Below are positions 1 through 8,211 of a stretch of DNA of 64,000 nucleotides, piece after piece. Position 1 is the first letter of the stretch, and every line of letters starts with the position of its first letter. The notes beneath the pieces were generated by a model. It had not been told where the DNA came from and did no database searches. It saw nothing but the letters and a program-made list of their open reading frames with translations. The position numbers were made by a program, and so were the translations under genes. The DNA comes from Clostridia bacterium (GTDB lineage: Bacteria; Bacillota; Clostridia; TANB77; CAG-465): assembly GCA_036660635.1 (NCBI GenBank), contig JAVXAF010000002.1, positions 23,657-87,656 of the forward strand, given 5' to 3'.

Positions 1-881
1 ATATTGGAGTACCAGTTTTTGAAGAAATTGAAAATATAGAAAAAATGGATTACGCTGTAATTGAAATTTCGGCCCATCAATTAGAATTTATTCATAATTC
101 ACCTAATATAGCAGTATTACTAAATTTATTTGAAGAACATTTAGATCATTTTGGAACATATCAAAAGTATATAAACGCAAAATTAAATATATTCAGATTT
201 CAAGAAAAAAAAGATTTTGCAGTATATAATACAGATAGTAAAGTAGTAGTTGAAAATGTGGATAATTTAAGTGTAATTTCAAACAAAATGGGAGTAGCTA
301 CTAAAACTGCAAAAAAACAATTTACTTTTGACTTTAATGAAAAAAGATATTTAATTGGTAAACACAATGAAATTAATATAATGTTTGCTTTAACAGTAGC
401 AAAAATTCTTAGATTAAATGAAAATCAAACAAATGAAACAATATATGAGTTCAAATCTTTACCACACAGGATGGAATTTATTGGAAAGTTTAATGGAGTG
501 GATTACTATAATGATTCTATATCAACAATACCAGAAGCTACGATTGCATGTGTAAATTCAATTAAAAACACATCCACTGTTATAATTGGTGGTTTAGATA
601 GAGGAGTAAGCTACAATGAATTAATACAATTTTTACAAAAATCTAATTTGGATAATATTATTTGTATGAGCACAACTGGTAAAAAAATATATGATATAAT
701 TAAAGATAAATGTAAGGCAAATGTAGAATATTTTGAAACGTTAGAAGAATGTGTAAAAAAAGCAAAAGAAGTTACTATAAAAAATAAAGCATGTATATTT
801 TCACCTGCTGCTGCAAGTTATAATATGTTTAAAAATTTTGAACAACGAGGAGATGCATTTAAAGCACTAGTTAAATCTTAA
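1..881 (+). CDS. murD: UDP-N-acetylmuramoylalanine--D-glutamate ligase, C-terminal part (5' end outside window)
   Basis: The frame is open from the window edge (codons phased from nt 3). Translated HLDHFGT, PHRMEFIGKFNGVDYYNDSISTIPEA, IIGGLDRG and FSPAAASYNMFKNFEQRGDAF match the Mur-ligase central and C-terminal motifs of MurD by eye. Confidence 0.85.
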   Translation, partial: IGVPVFEEIENIEKMDYAVIEISAHQLEFIHNSPNIAVLLNLFEEHLDHFGTYQKYINAKLNIFRFQEKKDFAVYNTDSKVVVENVDNLSVISNKMGVATKTAKKQFTFDFNEKRYLIGKHNEINIMFALTVAKILRLNENQTNETIYEFKSLPHRMEFIGKFNGVDYYNDSISTIPEATIACVNSIKNTSTVIIGGLDRGVSYNELIQFLQKSNLDNIICMSTTGKKIYDIIKDKCKANVEYFETLEECVKKAKEVTIKNKACIFSPAAASYNMFKNFEQRGDAFKALVKS

Positions 882-998
882 AATTAAATTCAGGTTACAA
901 AAAAGTTACAAAAAAACAAAAAATATTACATAAATTATAGCAAAAAAAAAATATACATGATATAATGTTTTTATAATAATTTAGTGAGGTGTATATAT

Positions 999-1700
999 AT
1001 GAATGATAAAAAAATTTTAATAGTTGATGATGAAAAACCAATTGTTGATATATTGAAATTCAATTTAGAAAAAGAAGGCTTTATTACGACTGTTGCATAT
1101 GATGGCCAAGAGGCAATAAATCTTGCTCTTTCAGTTAAACCGGATTTAATATTACTTGATTTAATGCTACCTAAAATCGACGGCTTTAATGTATGCAAGG
1201 AACTAAGAAAGACTTTAGTTTGCCCTATTATAATGCTAACAGCAAAAGAAGAGGTCGTAGATAAAATTATTGGACTTGAACTAGGAGCCGATGATTATAT
1301 GACAAAACCTTTTAGCATTAGAGAAGTTATTGCTAGAATAAAAGCTAATCTTAGAAAACACATCGTGCCAGATACAGAAGAAGAAAGAAAATCTTCAAAA
1401 TCAAAAATTAAAATCAAGGATATGGTAATAGATCCTGAAAGGTATATTGCAATTGTAGGGTCTAAAGTAATAGACTTAACAATAAAAGAATTTGAACTTT
1501 TAAAAATGTTATCTTCAGCACCCAATCAAGTATTTACAAGAGAACAAATATTAAGAGGCGTTTGGGGATATGATTTTTATGGGGATGCTAGAACAGTAGA
1601 TGTTACAGTTAGAAGATTAAGAGAAAAAATAGAAAAAAATCCAGCTGAACCACAGTATGTTATGACAAAAAGAGGAATGGGATACTACGTTTCAAATTAA
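999..1700 (+). CDS. walR: OmpR-family response regulator, WalR/YycF-like
   Basis: MNDKKILIVDDEKPIVDILKFNLEKEG...DLILLDLMLPKIDG...IIMLTAKEE..DKIIGLELGADDYMTKPFS is nearly collinear with WalR. The C-terminal winged helix is RTVDVTVRRLREKIE. I chose ATG 999 over the track's GTG 984 because GTGAGGTG sits 7 nt upstream. Confidence 0.85.
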   Translation: MNDKKILIVDDEKPIVDILKFNLEKEGFITTVAYDGQEAINLALSVKPDLILLDLMLPKIDGFNVCKELRKTLVCPIIMLTAKEEVVDKIIGLELGADDYMTKPFSIREVIARIKANLRKHIVPDTEEERKSSKSKIKIKDMVIDPERYIAIVGSKVIDLTIKEFELLKMLSSAPNQVFTREQILRGVWGYDFYGDARTVDVTVRRLREKIEKNPAEPQYVMTKRGMGYYVSN

Positions 1701-1716
1701 TAGGTAGGAAAAGCTT

Positions 1717-3117
1717 ATGAAAAAATCTATAAAAAATAGTATAAGAATGATGTGCATAGTGATGGTAGTTATAGGATATATAACTACTATCGTTCTATCA
1801 TCTAAAATAATAGATACCAAAAATATATTTGCCGTGTCTAATATTGTTATTTTAGGCGTTTTAGTAATAATTGCTATAATAGTAGGAAGTGTTATGGCTA
1901 GCAGAATAATTTTTCCACTAAAAAAAATAGAAAAGAGTATGAGAGTTGTTGCTAGTGGAAAAATGATAGAAACAAAGCACTTAAAAAATTATGGAAAATT
2001 TTCTGAAATTGAAGAAGTGGCTGATGCATATATGCTTATGATGCAAGTTATTAAAAAAACCCATTTTGATTTAAATGGTCAGCAAAGTAAAACTGAGATA
2101 ATACTAGAACACATGGCAGATGGAGTTATTGCGTTTTCTGTTACAAAACAAGTAGTGCATATGAATAAATCAGCTATGAGACTACTTAATTTGTCGAGCG
2201 AAGATGACACTTTTGAAAAAATAGTTAATAAATTAAAGATCAATTTGGATTTTGACAAAATAATGTATTTACCAAATTATAAAAGCATTGATGCAAAAAC
2301 TGTAGTAAATGAGAATGCTCTAAATATTGTATTTGTACCGTTTTTTAGTGATAGACTAACTCCAATGGGCGTAATTATGATGGTAAGAAATATTACAGAA
2401 AGTGTAAAACTCGATAACTTAAGAAAAGAGTTTGTTGCTAATGTATCACATGAATTAAAAACTCCACTTACTTCTATAAAAGGCTATTCAGAAACTATTA
2501 TGAATGGTGATTTAACATATCAAGAAATTGTGCGATTTTCTAAAGTTATAAATCAAGAGGCAAATAGAATGGACAGACTGGTAGCAGATTTACTTCAACT
2601 ATCAAGATTTGATTATAAAAAAGTCAGTTGGAAAAAGATGATGTTTTCTCTAGAGGAAATGTCAAAGAGTGTATGTGAAAAAATGCAGTATGCTGCTTCA
2701 CAAAAAAATCATAAATTAGAATGTATAGTTACAGTTCCACCACCCAATGTGTATGCTGATAGGGATGCTATTGAACAAGTAATAATGAATATAGTAAGCA
2801 ATAGTATAAAATATACTCCAGATGGTGGAGAAATAAAAGTATATCTTGGTTCTATTAATTCAAATGCTTATGTAAAAGTAATAGATAATGGGATAGGGAT
2901 TCCATCAAAAGATCTAGATAGAATATTTGAAAGATTTTATAGAGTAGATAAAGCACGTTCAAGACAAATGGGTGGAACTGGCCTTGGTCTTTCTATAGTA
3001 AAAGAAATGATAGAAGGAAATGATGGTACAATAGAAATAAAGAGCCAAGTAAATAAGGGAACAGAAGTGATAATTACTCTTCCAACTAAGATAGGAGTAA
3101 GTAAACAGGTAAGGTGA
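1717..3117 (+). CDS. walK: Sensor histidine kinase (two N-terminal TM helices, HAMP/PAS-like region, HisKA, HATPase), WalK-like short form
   Basis: H-box FVANVSHELKTPLTSIKGYSE. N, G1 and G2 boxes are NIVSNSIKYTP, VIDNGIGIP and GGTGLGLSIVKE. It lies immediately downstream of the WalR-like gene. Confidence 0.8.
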   Translation: MKKSIKNSIRMMCIVMVVIGYITTIVLSSKIIDTKNIFAVSNIVILGVLVIIAIIVGSVMASRIIFPLKKIEKSMRVVASGKMIETKHLKNYGKFSEIEEVADAYMLMMQVIKKTHFDLNGQQSKTEIILEHMADGVIAFSVTKQVVHMNKSAMRLLNLSSEDDTFEKIVNKLKINLDFDKIMYLPNYKSIDAKTVVNENALNIVFVPFFSDRLTPMGVIMMVRNITESVKLDNLRKEFVANVSHELKTPLTSIKGYSETIMNGDLTYQEIVRFSKVINQEANRMDRLVADLLQLSRFDYKKVSWKKMMFSLEEMSKSVCEKMQYAASQKNHKLECIVTVPPPNVYADRDAIEQVIMNIVSNSIKYTPDGGEIKVYLGSINSNAYVKVIDNGIGIPSKDLDRIFERFYRVDKARSRQMGGTGLGLSIVKEMIEGNDGTIEIKSQVNKGTEVIITLPTKIGVSKQVR

Positions 3118-3121
3118 TATA

Positions 3122-3892
3122 TTGAAATATTTTGAAACACATGCACATTATAACGAAGAAGTATTTAAAGAAAATCAAAATGAAATTTTTAAAAAAATAA
3201 AAGAAGCAGGAGTAAATTATATAATAAATGTTGGATATAACAAAAAATCTTCAAAAGAATCCATAGATTTAGCTTCTAAATATGAAAATTTTTATGCAGC
3301 TATTGGAGTTCATCCACATGATGTAGAAAATGAAACTGCAGAGGATATATATAGGTTATATAAGTCTGAAAAAACATCAAAAATAGTTGCAATTGGAGAA
3401 ATTGGGTTAGACTATGCTTTTACTAAAGACAATAAAGAAAAGCAAGCAAAATTGTTTATTAAACAAATAGATATAGCCAATGAGTTTAAACTTCCAATAA
3501 TAGTGCACTCTAGAGAGGCATCTTTAGATACATATCAAATATTAAAAAATAACAAGCCACAATATGGAGTTTTACTCCACTGTTTTAAGCCTAGTGAAGA
3601 ATTAGTCAAATTAGTTATAGAAAACGGTTATATGGTAGCTTTTGGCGGGAATATAACATATAAAAGAAGCAAAAGCTTTTCAAAATATATAAAAATGATA
3701 CCTATAGAACAAATAGTTATTGAAACTGATTCACCATATTTGCCTCCTATACCTTTTAGGGGCACAATAAATGATTCTTCAAATTTACCTTTGATTTGTA
3801 AAAGATTAGCTGAGTATAAAGAAATGGATGAAAATTTTATTTCTAATGCCATATATGAAAATGCAATTAAATTTTTTAAAATAAAAAAATAG
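3122..3892 (+). CDS. tatD: TatD-family metal-dependent hydrolase/DNase
   Basis: TTG start. Motifs are FETHAHY near the N-terminus, GVHPHD, AIGEIGLDY, IVHSREA and ETDSPYLPP. Confidence 0.85.
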   Translation: MKYFETHAHYNEEVFKENQNEIFKKIKEAGVNYIINVGYNKKSSKESIDLASKYENFYAAIGVHPHDVENETAEDIYRLYKSEKTSKIVAIGEIGLDYAFTKDNKEKQAKLFIKQIDIANEFKLPIIVHSREASLDTYQILKNNKPQYGVLLHCFKPSEELVKLVIENGYMVAFGGNITYKRSKSFSKYIKMIPIEQIVIETDSPYLPPIPFRGTINDSSNLPLICKRLAEYKEMDENFISNAIYENAIKFFKIKK

Positions 3893-3915
3893 TATAGAGT
3901 TATTCTATACTATTT

Positions 3916-4236
3916 TTAGTTATCAAAATTATCTTTTATTATTTTAACAATTTGTTTAAATGTAGCAAGTTGTTTATCAGAAAAATAAATTTCTTCTTCT
4001 TCGCAAATTGTATTATTTAAGGAATCAGCAAATAAAGAATCTAGACTTATTTTCAATTCATTAGATAGTTGTATTAGCTTAGCAAGGCTTGGAAGCTTTA
4101 TTCCTCTTTCAATATCACCTAAAAAGTTTTGTGAAACCCCAATTTTTTCTGCTAGTTGAAACTGAGTAAGTTTTAGATTTTCTCTCGACTTTTTTATTTT
4201 CAGACCAAAGGCTTTTTTATTAATTGCATTATCCAT
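3916..4236 (-). CDS. XRE-family helix-turn-helix transcriptional regulator
   Basis: The N-terminal sequence GLKIKKSRENLKLTQFQLAEKIGVSQNFLGDIERGIKLPSLAKLIQL is a typical Cro/C1 HTH. Confidence 0.8.
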   Translation of the reverse strand: MDNAINKKAFGLKIKKSRENLKLTQFQLAEKIGVSQNFLGDIERGIKLPSLAKLIQLSNELKISLDSLFADSLNNTICEEEEIYFSDKQLATFKQIVKIIKDNFDN

Positions 4237-4303
4237 TTAATCACCATCCACATAAATAATACACTATAACAATGTAAAAATAAACAATTAGAGTGTTTTG
4301 AAA

Positions 4304-4322
4304 TAAACGCTGTGGGCGTTTA
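4304..4322. promoter_or_regulatory. Perfect 7-bp inverted repeat (TAAACGC-n5-GCGTTTA) in the divergent XRE / small-ORF intergenic region; candidate operator
   Basis: Read directly from the sequence. It is an unusually GC-containing palindrome in an AT-rich spacer between divergent genes. Confidence 0.25.
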
Positions 4323-4414
4323 ATAGTAATAAAAGTAAAAATAATGTTATAAAATAGAAAAAAAGTTTTAAAAATTATATATATACATATACTAAAATTG
4401 AGGTTGATATATAT

Positions 4415-4678
4415 ATGCTAAATTACAGTATTTTAAAAGAAAAAACTGATAGATATTATGAAGATAATTTTAAAAGCGTTAATGAAACTATACCAGACGA
4501 AATAGAAAAAGCCAGACTTTTTAATTTTATGGCAAATATCTTAAATCAGATTGTATATGATTCATACTATACAATAAAAAGGGAGGATTTTGACTTTTTA
4601 ATAAAATACAATATTGATGTAACAGAATTATTAAATGAATTTGCAAATAATGAAATAATTGAAAAAAGAGAGCTATAA
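4415..4678 (+). CDS. Hypothetical small acidic protein (87 aa), divergent from the XRE regulator
   Basis: An ORF with GAGGT-like RBS (ATTGAGGTTGAT) upstream. No family recognised. Confidence 0.4.
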   Translation: MLNYSILKEKTDRYYEDNFKSVNETIPDEIEKARLFNFMANILNQIVYDSYYTIKREDFDFLIKYNIDVTELLNEFANNEIIEKREL

Positions 4679-4819
4679 GCTTTCTTTTTTTATATAAATA
4701 TATGAAATGTGATTAATATTTAATAGATATTAATACAACTTGTAAAAATATATAATTTTTTAACAAAGTATTGATTTTATAATATAGGTATGTTATAATA
4801 TTAAGCGTATTGAATATAT

Positions 4820-4895
4820 CGGGGTGTAGCGCAATTGGTAGCGCGCGTGGTTTGGGACCATGAGGTTGCAGGTTCAAGTCCTGTCACTCCGACCA
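4820..4895 (+). tRNA. tRNA-Pro (anticodon UGG), CCA encoded
   Basis: Manual cloverleaf: acceptor CGGGGTG/CACTCCG (one G-U), D arm GCGC-AATTGGTA-GCGC, anticodon arm CGTGG-TTTGGGA-CCATG, T arm GCAGG-TTCAAGT-CCTGT, then ACCA. Confidence 0.9.
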
Positions 4896-4900
4896 TAAAA

Positions 4901-4927
4901 AGAGACTTTTTCAGTCTCTATTTTTTT
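4901..4927 (+). terminator. Rho-independent terminator after tRNA-Pro
   Basis: Stem AGAGACT / AGTCTCT with a 5-nt loop, followed by a T7 run. Confidence 0.8.
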
Positions 4928-4984
4928 GTCTTTGGCTTTATTTCAATGTTTTTAAGTATCTATAACTTTCTCAAAATTCCTCCC

Positions 4985-5020
4985 ACTGCATTCAAAACTG
5001 CATTCAAAACTGCATTCAAT
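4985..5020. repeat. Three tandem copies of a 12-bp unit (ACTGCATTCAAA x2, then ACTGCATTCAAT)
   Basis: Read directly from the sequence. It lies about 60 bp inside the tRNA-proximal copy of the duplicated tRNA 3' end. Confidence 0.85.
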
Positions 5021-5100
5021 TTAGTAATATTTATCAACTTCGTTATTTTTGAATGTATTTATTTGTTTTAATAGTCTTGAAATATAGTAGTAGCAATCAT

Positions 5101-5250
5101 TTAAAGGATTTCATTTGCAAATTCTTTAAATTTAAAAGTTCCATTATCACTTTGTTCTACAGCCGATATATTTTGTCTACTCATAGTAGCTATTACTTCC
5201 ATTATACGTTTGTTAATATTTAAATTATTTACTTTAATCTTTTCTATCAT
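5101..5250 (-). CDS. Hypothetical 49-aa protein (MIEKIKVNNLNINKRIMEVIATMSRQNISAVEQSDNGTFKFKEFANEIL)
   Basis: Not in the ORF track because it is under 60 aa. GAGGTG RBS lies 7 nt upstream of the ATG on the minus strand. No family recognised. Confidence 0.3.
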   Translation of the reverse strand: MIEKIKVNNLNINKRIMEVIATMSRQNISAVEQSDNGTFKFKEFANEIL

Positions 5251-5295
5251 TAAATATCACCTCATATAATATAGTTAAGCTAAATTATAACCATA

Positions 5296-6123
5296 TTATT
5301 CTACTATAAGTATTCTATTAAATATTCCAACACCTGCAGGAATTGAAAATTGAACTTCTATATTTAATTTGTTTTTATCATCAATAAAATATTTTATTGT
5401 ATTGTTTTTCACAGAATTATTATAATTTTCTAGTGTTTCGTTAAGATATTTATTGAAACTATCTCCTTGTGAGCCGTCCATATATTGCATTTCTTCTTCC
5501 ATACGCTTTGTTATACAAAAAATTACTTTTTGATTTATATTATTATCAGTAAAACCTAATTTCTTATATACATCTTGATATGTACATTGTTTTAATGTTT
5601 CTAAATTAAATGTATATGTATACGCATAATAATTAGTTGGCTTTTCAATCACTATAGATATTAAATTATCTTTTTCAAAAGTAATGTAAGACGTACATAT
5701 AATAGGTAGGTAAGAATTTTCTTTATCACCTAATAGTTGTTTATATAGTAAGACATGCTCATCATATATATTTTTTATTTCTTTATTAGCTTTAATAGCA
5801 TCATCTGAATTTATATTTATATATGGTAGTACAATATTATCAATAGATATAATTGATCCATCTTCCATCTTATATGAACTAGGTTTTACATCAGATGTAT
5901 AATTAGCATTATATACATATCCTTTTGATGTATCATTTTTTTTGTTTTTAGTAATTTCTTTAGTAGTTTCTTGTTCTTGATGATTATTTTTGCCAATTAC
6001 TTTGTCTTGTACAACCTTTTTTGAATTATTTAATTTGACACCTAAGTATACTGCTATAGCAGATGCAACTATTGTAGTTATAAAAAATATAACTATGTAA
6101 ATATTTTTTCTTTTATTTTCCAT
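5296..6123 (-). CDS. Membrane-anchored hypothetical protein (N-terminal TM, extracytoplasmic domain)
   Basis: I placed the start at MENKRKNIYIVIFFITTIVASAIAVYLG, which has a GGAGG RBS. The track's upstream extension would run into the duplicated tRNA 3' end. There is loose by-eye resemblance to DUF4163/DUF3298-type envelope proteins. Confidence 0.55.
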   Translation of the reverse strand: MENKRKNIYIVIFFITTIVASAIAVYLGVKLNNSKKVVQDKVIGKNNHQEQETTKEITKNKKNDTSKGYVYNANYTSDVKPSSYKMEDGSIISIDNIVLPYININSDDAIKANKEIKNIYDEHVLLYKQLLGDKENSYLPIICTSYITFEKDNLISIVIEKPTNYYAYTYTFNLETLKQCTYQDVYKKLGFTDNNINQKVIFCITKRMEEEMQYMDGSQGDSFNKYLNETLENYNNSVKNNTIKYFIDDKNKLNIEVQFSIPAGVGIFNRILIVE

Positions 6124-6217
6124 TTCTAACCTCCACGTTATCTTTAGTAAAATTATACACGAAAGTAAAAAATTAAGCAATAGCCTTTTGTTAAGTGTTT
6201 TAACTATATTATTTGTG

Positions 6218-6266
6218 GTCACTCTGACCATAAAAAGAGACTTTTTGTCTCTCTTTTTTTGTCTGT
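6218..6266 (+). repeat. Direct-repeat copy of the tRNA-Pro 3' end plus its terminator (candidate att remnant)
   Basis: GTCACTCTGACCATAAAAAGAGACTTTTTGTCTCTCTTTTTTTGTCTG aligns with 4883-4934 (GTCACTCCGACCATAAAAAGAGACTTTTTCAGTCTCTATTTTTTTGTCT). Only a few substitutions and a 2-nt indel separate them. Confidence 0.85.
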
Positions 6267-6441
6267 GTCCATAATTTTATATTTTTTAATATATACAAGT
6301 TTCTCAAATTATATCAAAAGTTGCCATAATGTCATTCTGTATAAAAACTAATATAAAAAAGCAATGAAAAAGAGTATGATTTATATGTCTTGGTGTTATT
6401 TAATTTTAATCCTTTGCATAATATTTTATAGGGTGATTAAA

Positions 6442-7935
6442 ATGAAAAAATTAACAGATGAATTAGGACATATAGTTTCATCAGATGAATTCTCATTGTC
6501 AACGGGAATCCCTGGTGAAACCTTAATTGAAGATACTTATATGATTGATAAATTGGCACACTTTAACAGGGAAAGAATACCAGAAAGAGTGGTACACGCA
6601 AAAGGTGGAGGTGCTTTTGGGTATTTTGAAGTTACAAATGACTTATCAAAATATACTTGTGCAAAGTTTTTATCACAAGTTGGTAAAAAAACTGAGATGT
6701 TAGCTAGATTTTCAACTGTTGGTGGTGAAAAAGGATCTGCCGATAGTGTCATGGATCCTAGAGGATTTGCTCTTAAATTTTATACAGAAGATGGTAATTA
6801 TGATTTAGTTGGAAACAATACCCCTGTTTTTTTTATAAGGGATGCAATAAAATTTCCTGATTTTATTCATACACAAAAAACAGATCCAAAGTCTAATTTA
6901 AAAAATCCAAATATGTTTTGGGATTTTTTATCGCTTACACCTGAGTCAATACATCAAGTAATGATACTTTTTTCAGATAGAGGTATTCCAAAAGGCTTTA
7001 GACATATGCATGGATTTGGTTCTCATACTTTTATGTGGTACAACAAAGATATGGAGTATTGTTTTGTGAAATATCATATAAAAACAAATCAAAAAATTGA
7101 AAACATACCTAGTGAAGAGGCTAAGATACTTGCTGGTAATGATCCGGATAGCTCAATAAGAGATTTATATGAAAGTATAAAAAAAGGAGATTTTCCATCG
7201 TGGAGTGTATATGTTCAAATAATGAGTAAAGAGCAGGCAAAGACGTATAAATTTGATCCATTTGATGTTACTAAAGTTTGGTATCATAAAGATTTTCCCC
7301 TTATCCCACTTGGAAAAATAGTTTTAAATAAAAATCCAAATAATTTTTTTACTGATATAGAACAAGCTGCTTTTTGCCCTTCACATTTTGTAAAAGGAAT
7401 AGGCCCTACTCCTGACAAACTATTGCAAGGTAGATTAGTCGCTTACTCAGATGCTCATAGATATAGGGTAGGTACAAATGTCAATGAGCTTGAAGTAAAC
7501 AAACCTAAAGCACAGATGTATACATATCAAAAAGATGGAACAATGGCAAACAATACTCAAGGAAATACAATACTTAATTATTTTCCAAATACATATGAAT
7601 CAATTGAAGAAGATTCAAGTTATAAAATACCAGATATAAAAGTAGATGGATTTATAGCAAGACATCATTTTCCTTTAAAAGACATAGATTTTGAACAACC
7701 TGGAGAATTATATAGAAGAGTAATGGGGGAAAAAGAAAGAGAAATTCTAATAGATAATTTAACCAATAGTTTAAAGCTTGCTGATAGTAAACTTAAATAT
7801 AGAATGGTTTCACTTTTTTATAAGACAGATAAAAATTTGGGCAAAAGATTAGCTACTAAACTTTTACTTAACTTAGAAACGGTAATAAAACTAGCTAATA
7901 TGACTCAAGAAGAAAGGGTTAAAAATACGTTATAA
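6442..7935 (+). CDS. katA: Monofunctional haem catalase
   Basis: Motifs are FNRERIPERVVHAKGGGAFGYFEV, RFSTVGGEKGSAD, DPRGFALKFYTEDGNYDLVGNNTPVFFIRD and RLVAYSDAHRYRVG. I chose the start at MKKLTDELG with an upstream AGGGTGA RBS. Confidence 0.95.
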   Translation: MKKLTDELGHIVSSDEFSLSTGIPGETLIEDTYMIDKLAHFNRERIPERVVHAKGGGAFGYFEVTNDLSKYTCAKFLSQVGKKTEMLARFSTVGGEKGSADSVMDPRGFALKFYTEDGNYDLVGNNTPVFFIRDAIKFPDFIHTQKTDPKSNLKNPNMFWDFLSLTPESIHQVMILFSDRGIPKGFRHMHGFGSHTFMWYNKDMEYCFVKYHIKTNQKIENIPSEEAKILAGNDPDSSIRDLYESIKKGDFPSWSVYVQIMSKEQAKTYKFDPFDVTKVWYHKDFPLIPLGKIVLNKNPNNFFTDIEQAAFCPSHFVKGIGPTPDKLLQGRLVAYSDAHRYRVGTNVNELEVNKPKAQMYTYQKDGTMANNTQGNTILNYFPNTYESIEEDSSYKIPDIKVDGFIARHHFPLKDIDFEQPGELYRRVMGEKEREILIDNLTNSLKLADSKLKYRMVSLFYKTDKNLGKRLATKLLLNLETVIKLANMTQEERVKNTL

Positions 7936-7941
7936 TAAAAA

Positions 7942-7980
7942 CAAAGGTGTTCTAAAAATAGGACACCTTTGCTTTTATTT
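7942..7980 (+). terminator. Rho-independent terminator after catalase
   Basis: Stem CAAAGGTGT / ACACCTTTG followed by CTTTTATTT. Confidence 0.8.
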
Positions 7981-8211
7981 AGAGTCAAAGAAAAGATTTT
8001 AATTTTCTTATATTATTTTCTTCTATTTTCTCATAAGTGAATCATATCATTTTCTGTTTTAGAGTTGTATTTGTTTATATTTTTTATTATAAAAAAATTG
8101 TAATACTGCTAAAAGTTGGCTTTACAATTATTTAAAATTTGTTTAAAATCATTGACTTTAAGGTTAAAAAAGTATAATATTATATATATACAAAAGAGGA
8201 GGTCTTACATT

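Noticed and set aside
4985-5020. Tandem 12-bp repeats considered as a possible CRISPR or minisatellite.
   Set aside because: The units are directly adjacent with no spacers and there are only three copies, so this is not a CRISPR array. I kept it as a plain repeat feature.
4835-5071. 78-aa plus-strand ORF starting inside tRNA-Pro.
   Set aside because: It overlaps the tRNA, its terminator and the 12-bp tandem repeat, and its sequence is a repeat translation artefact.
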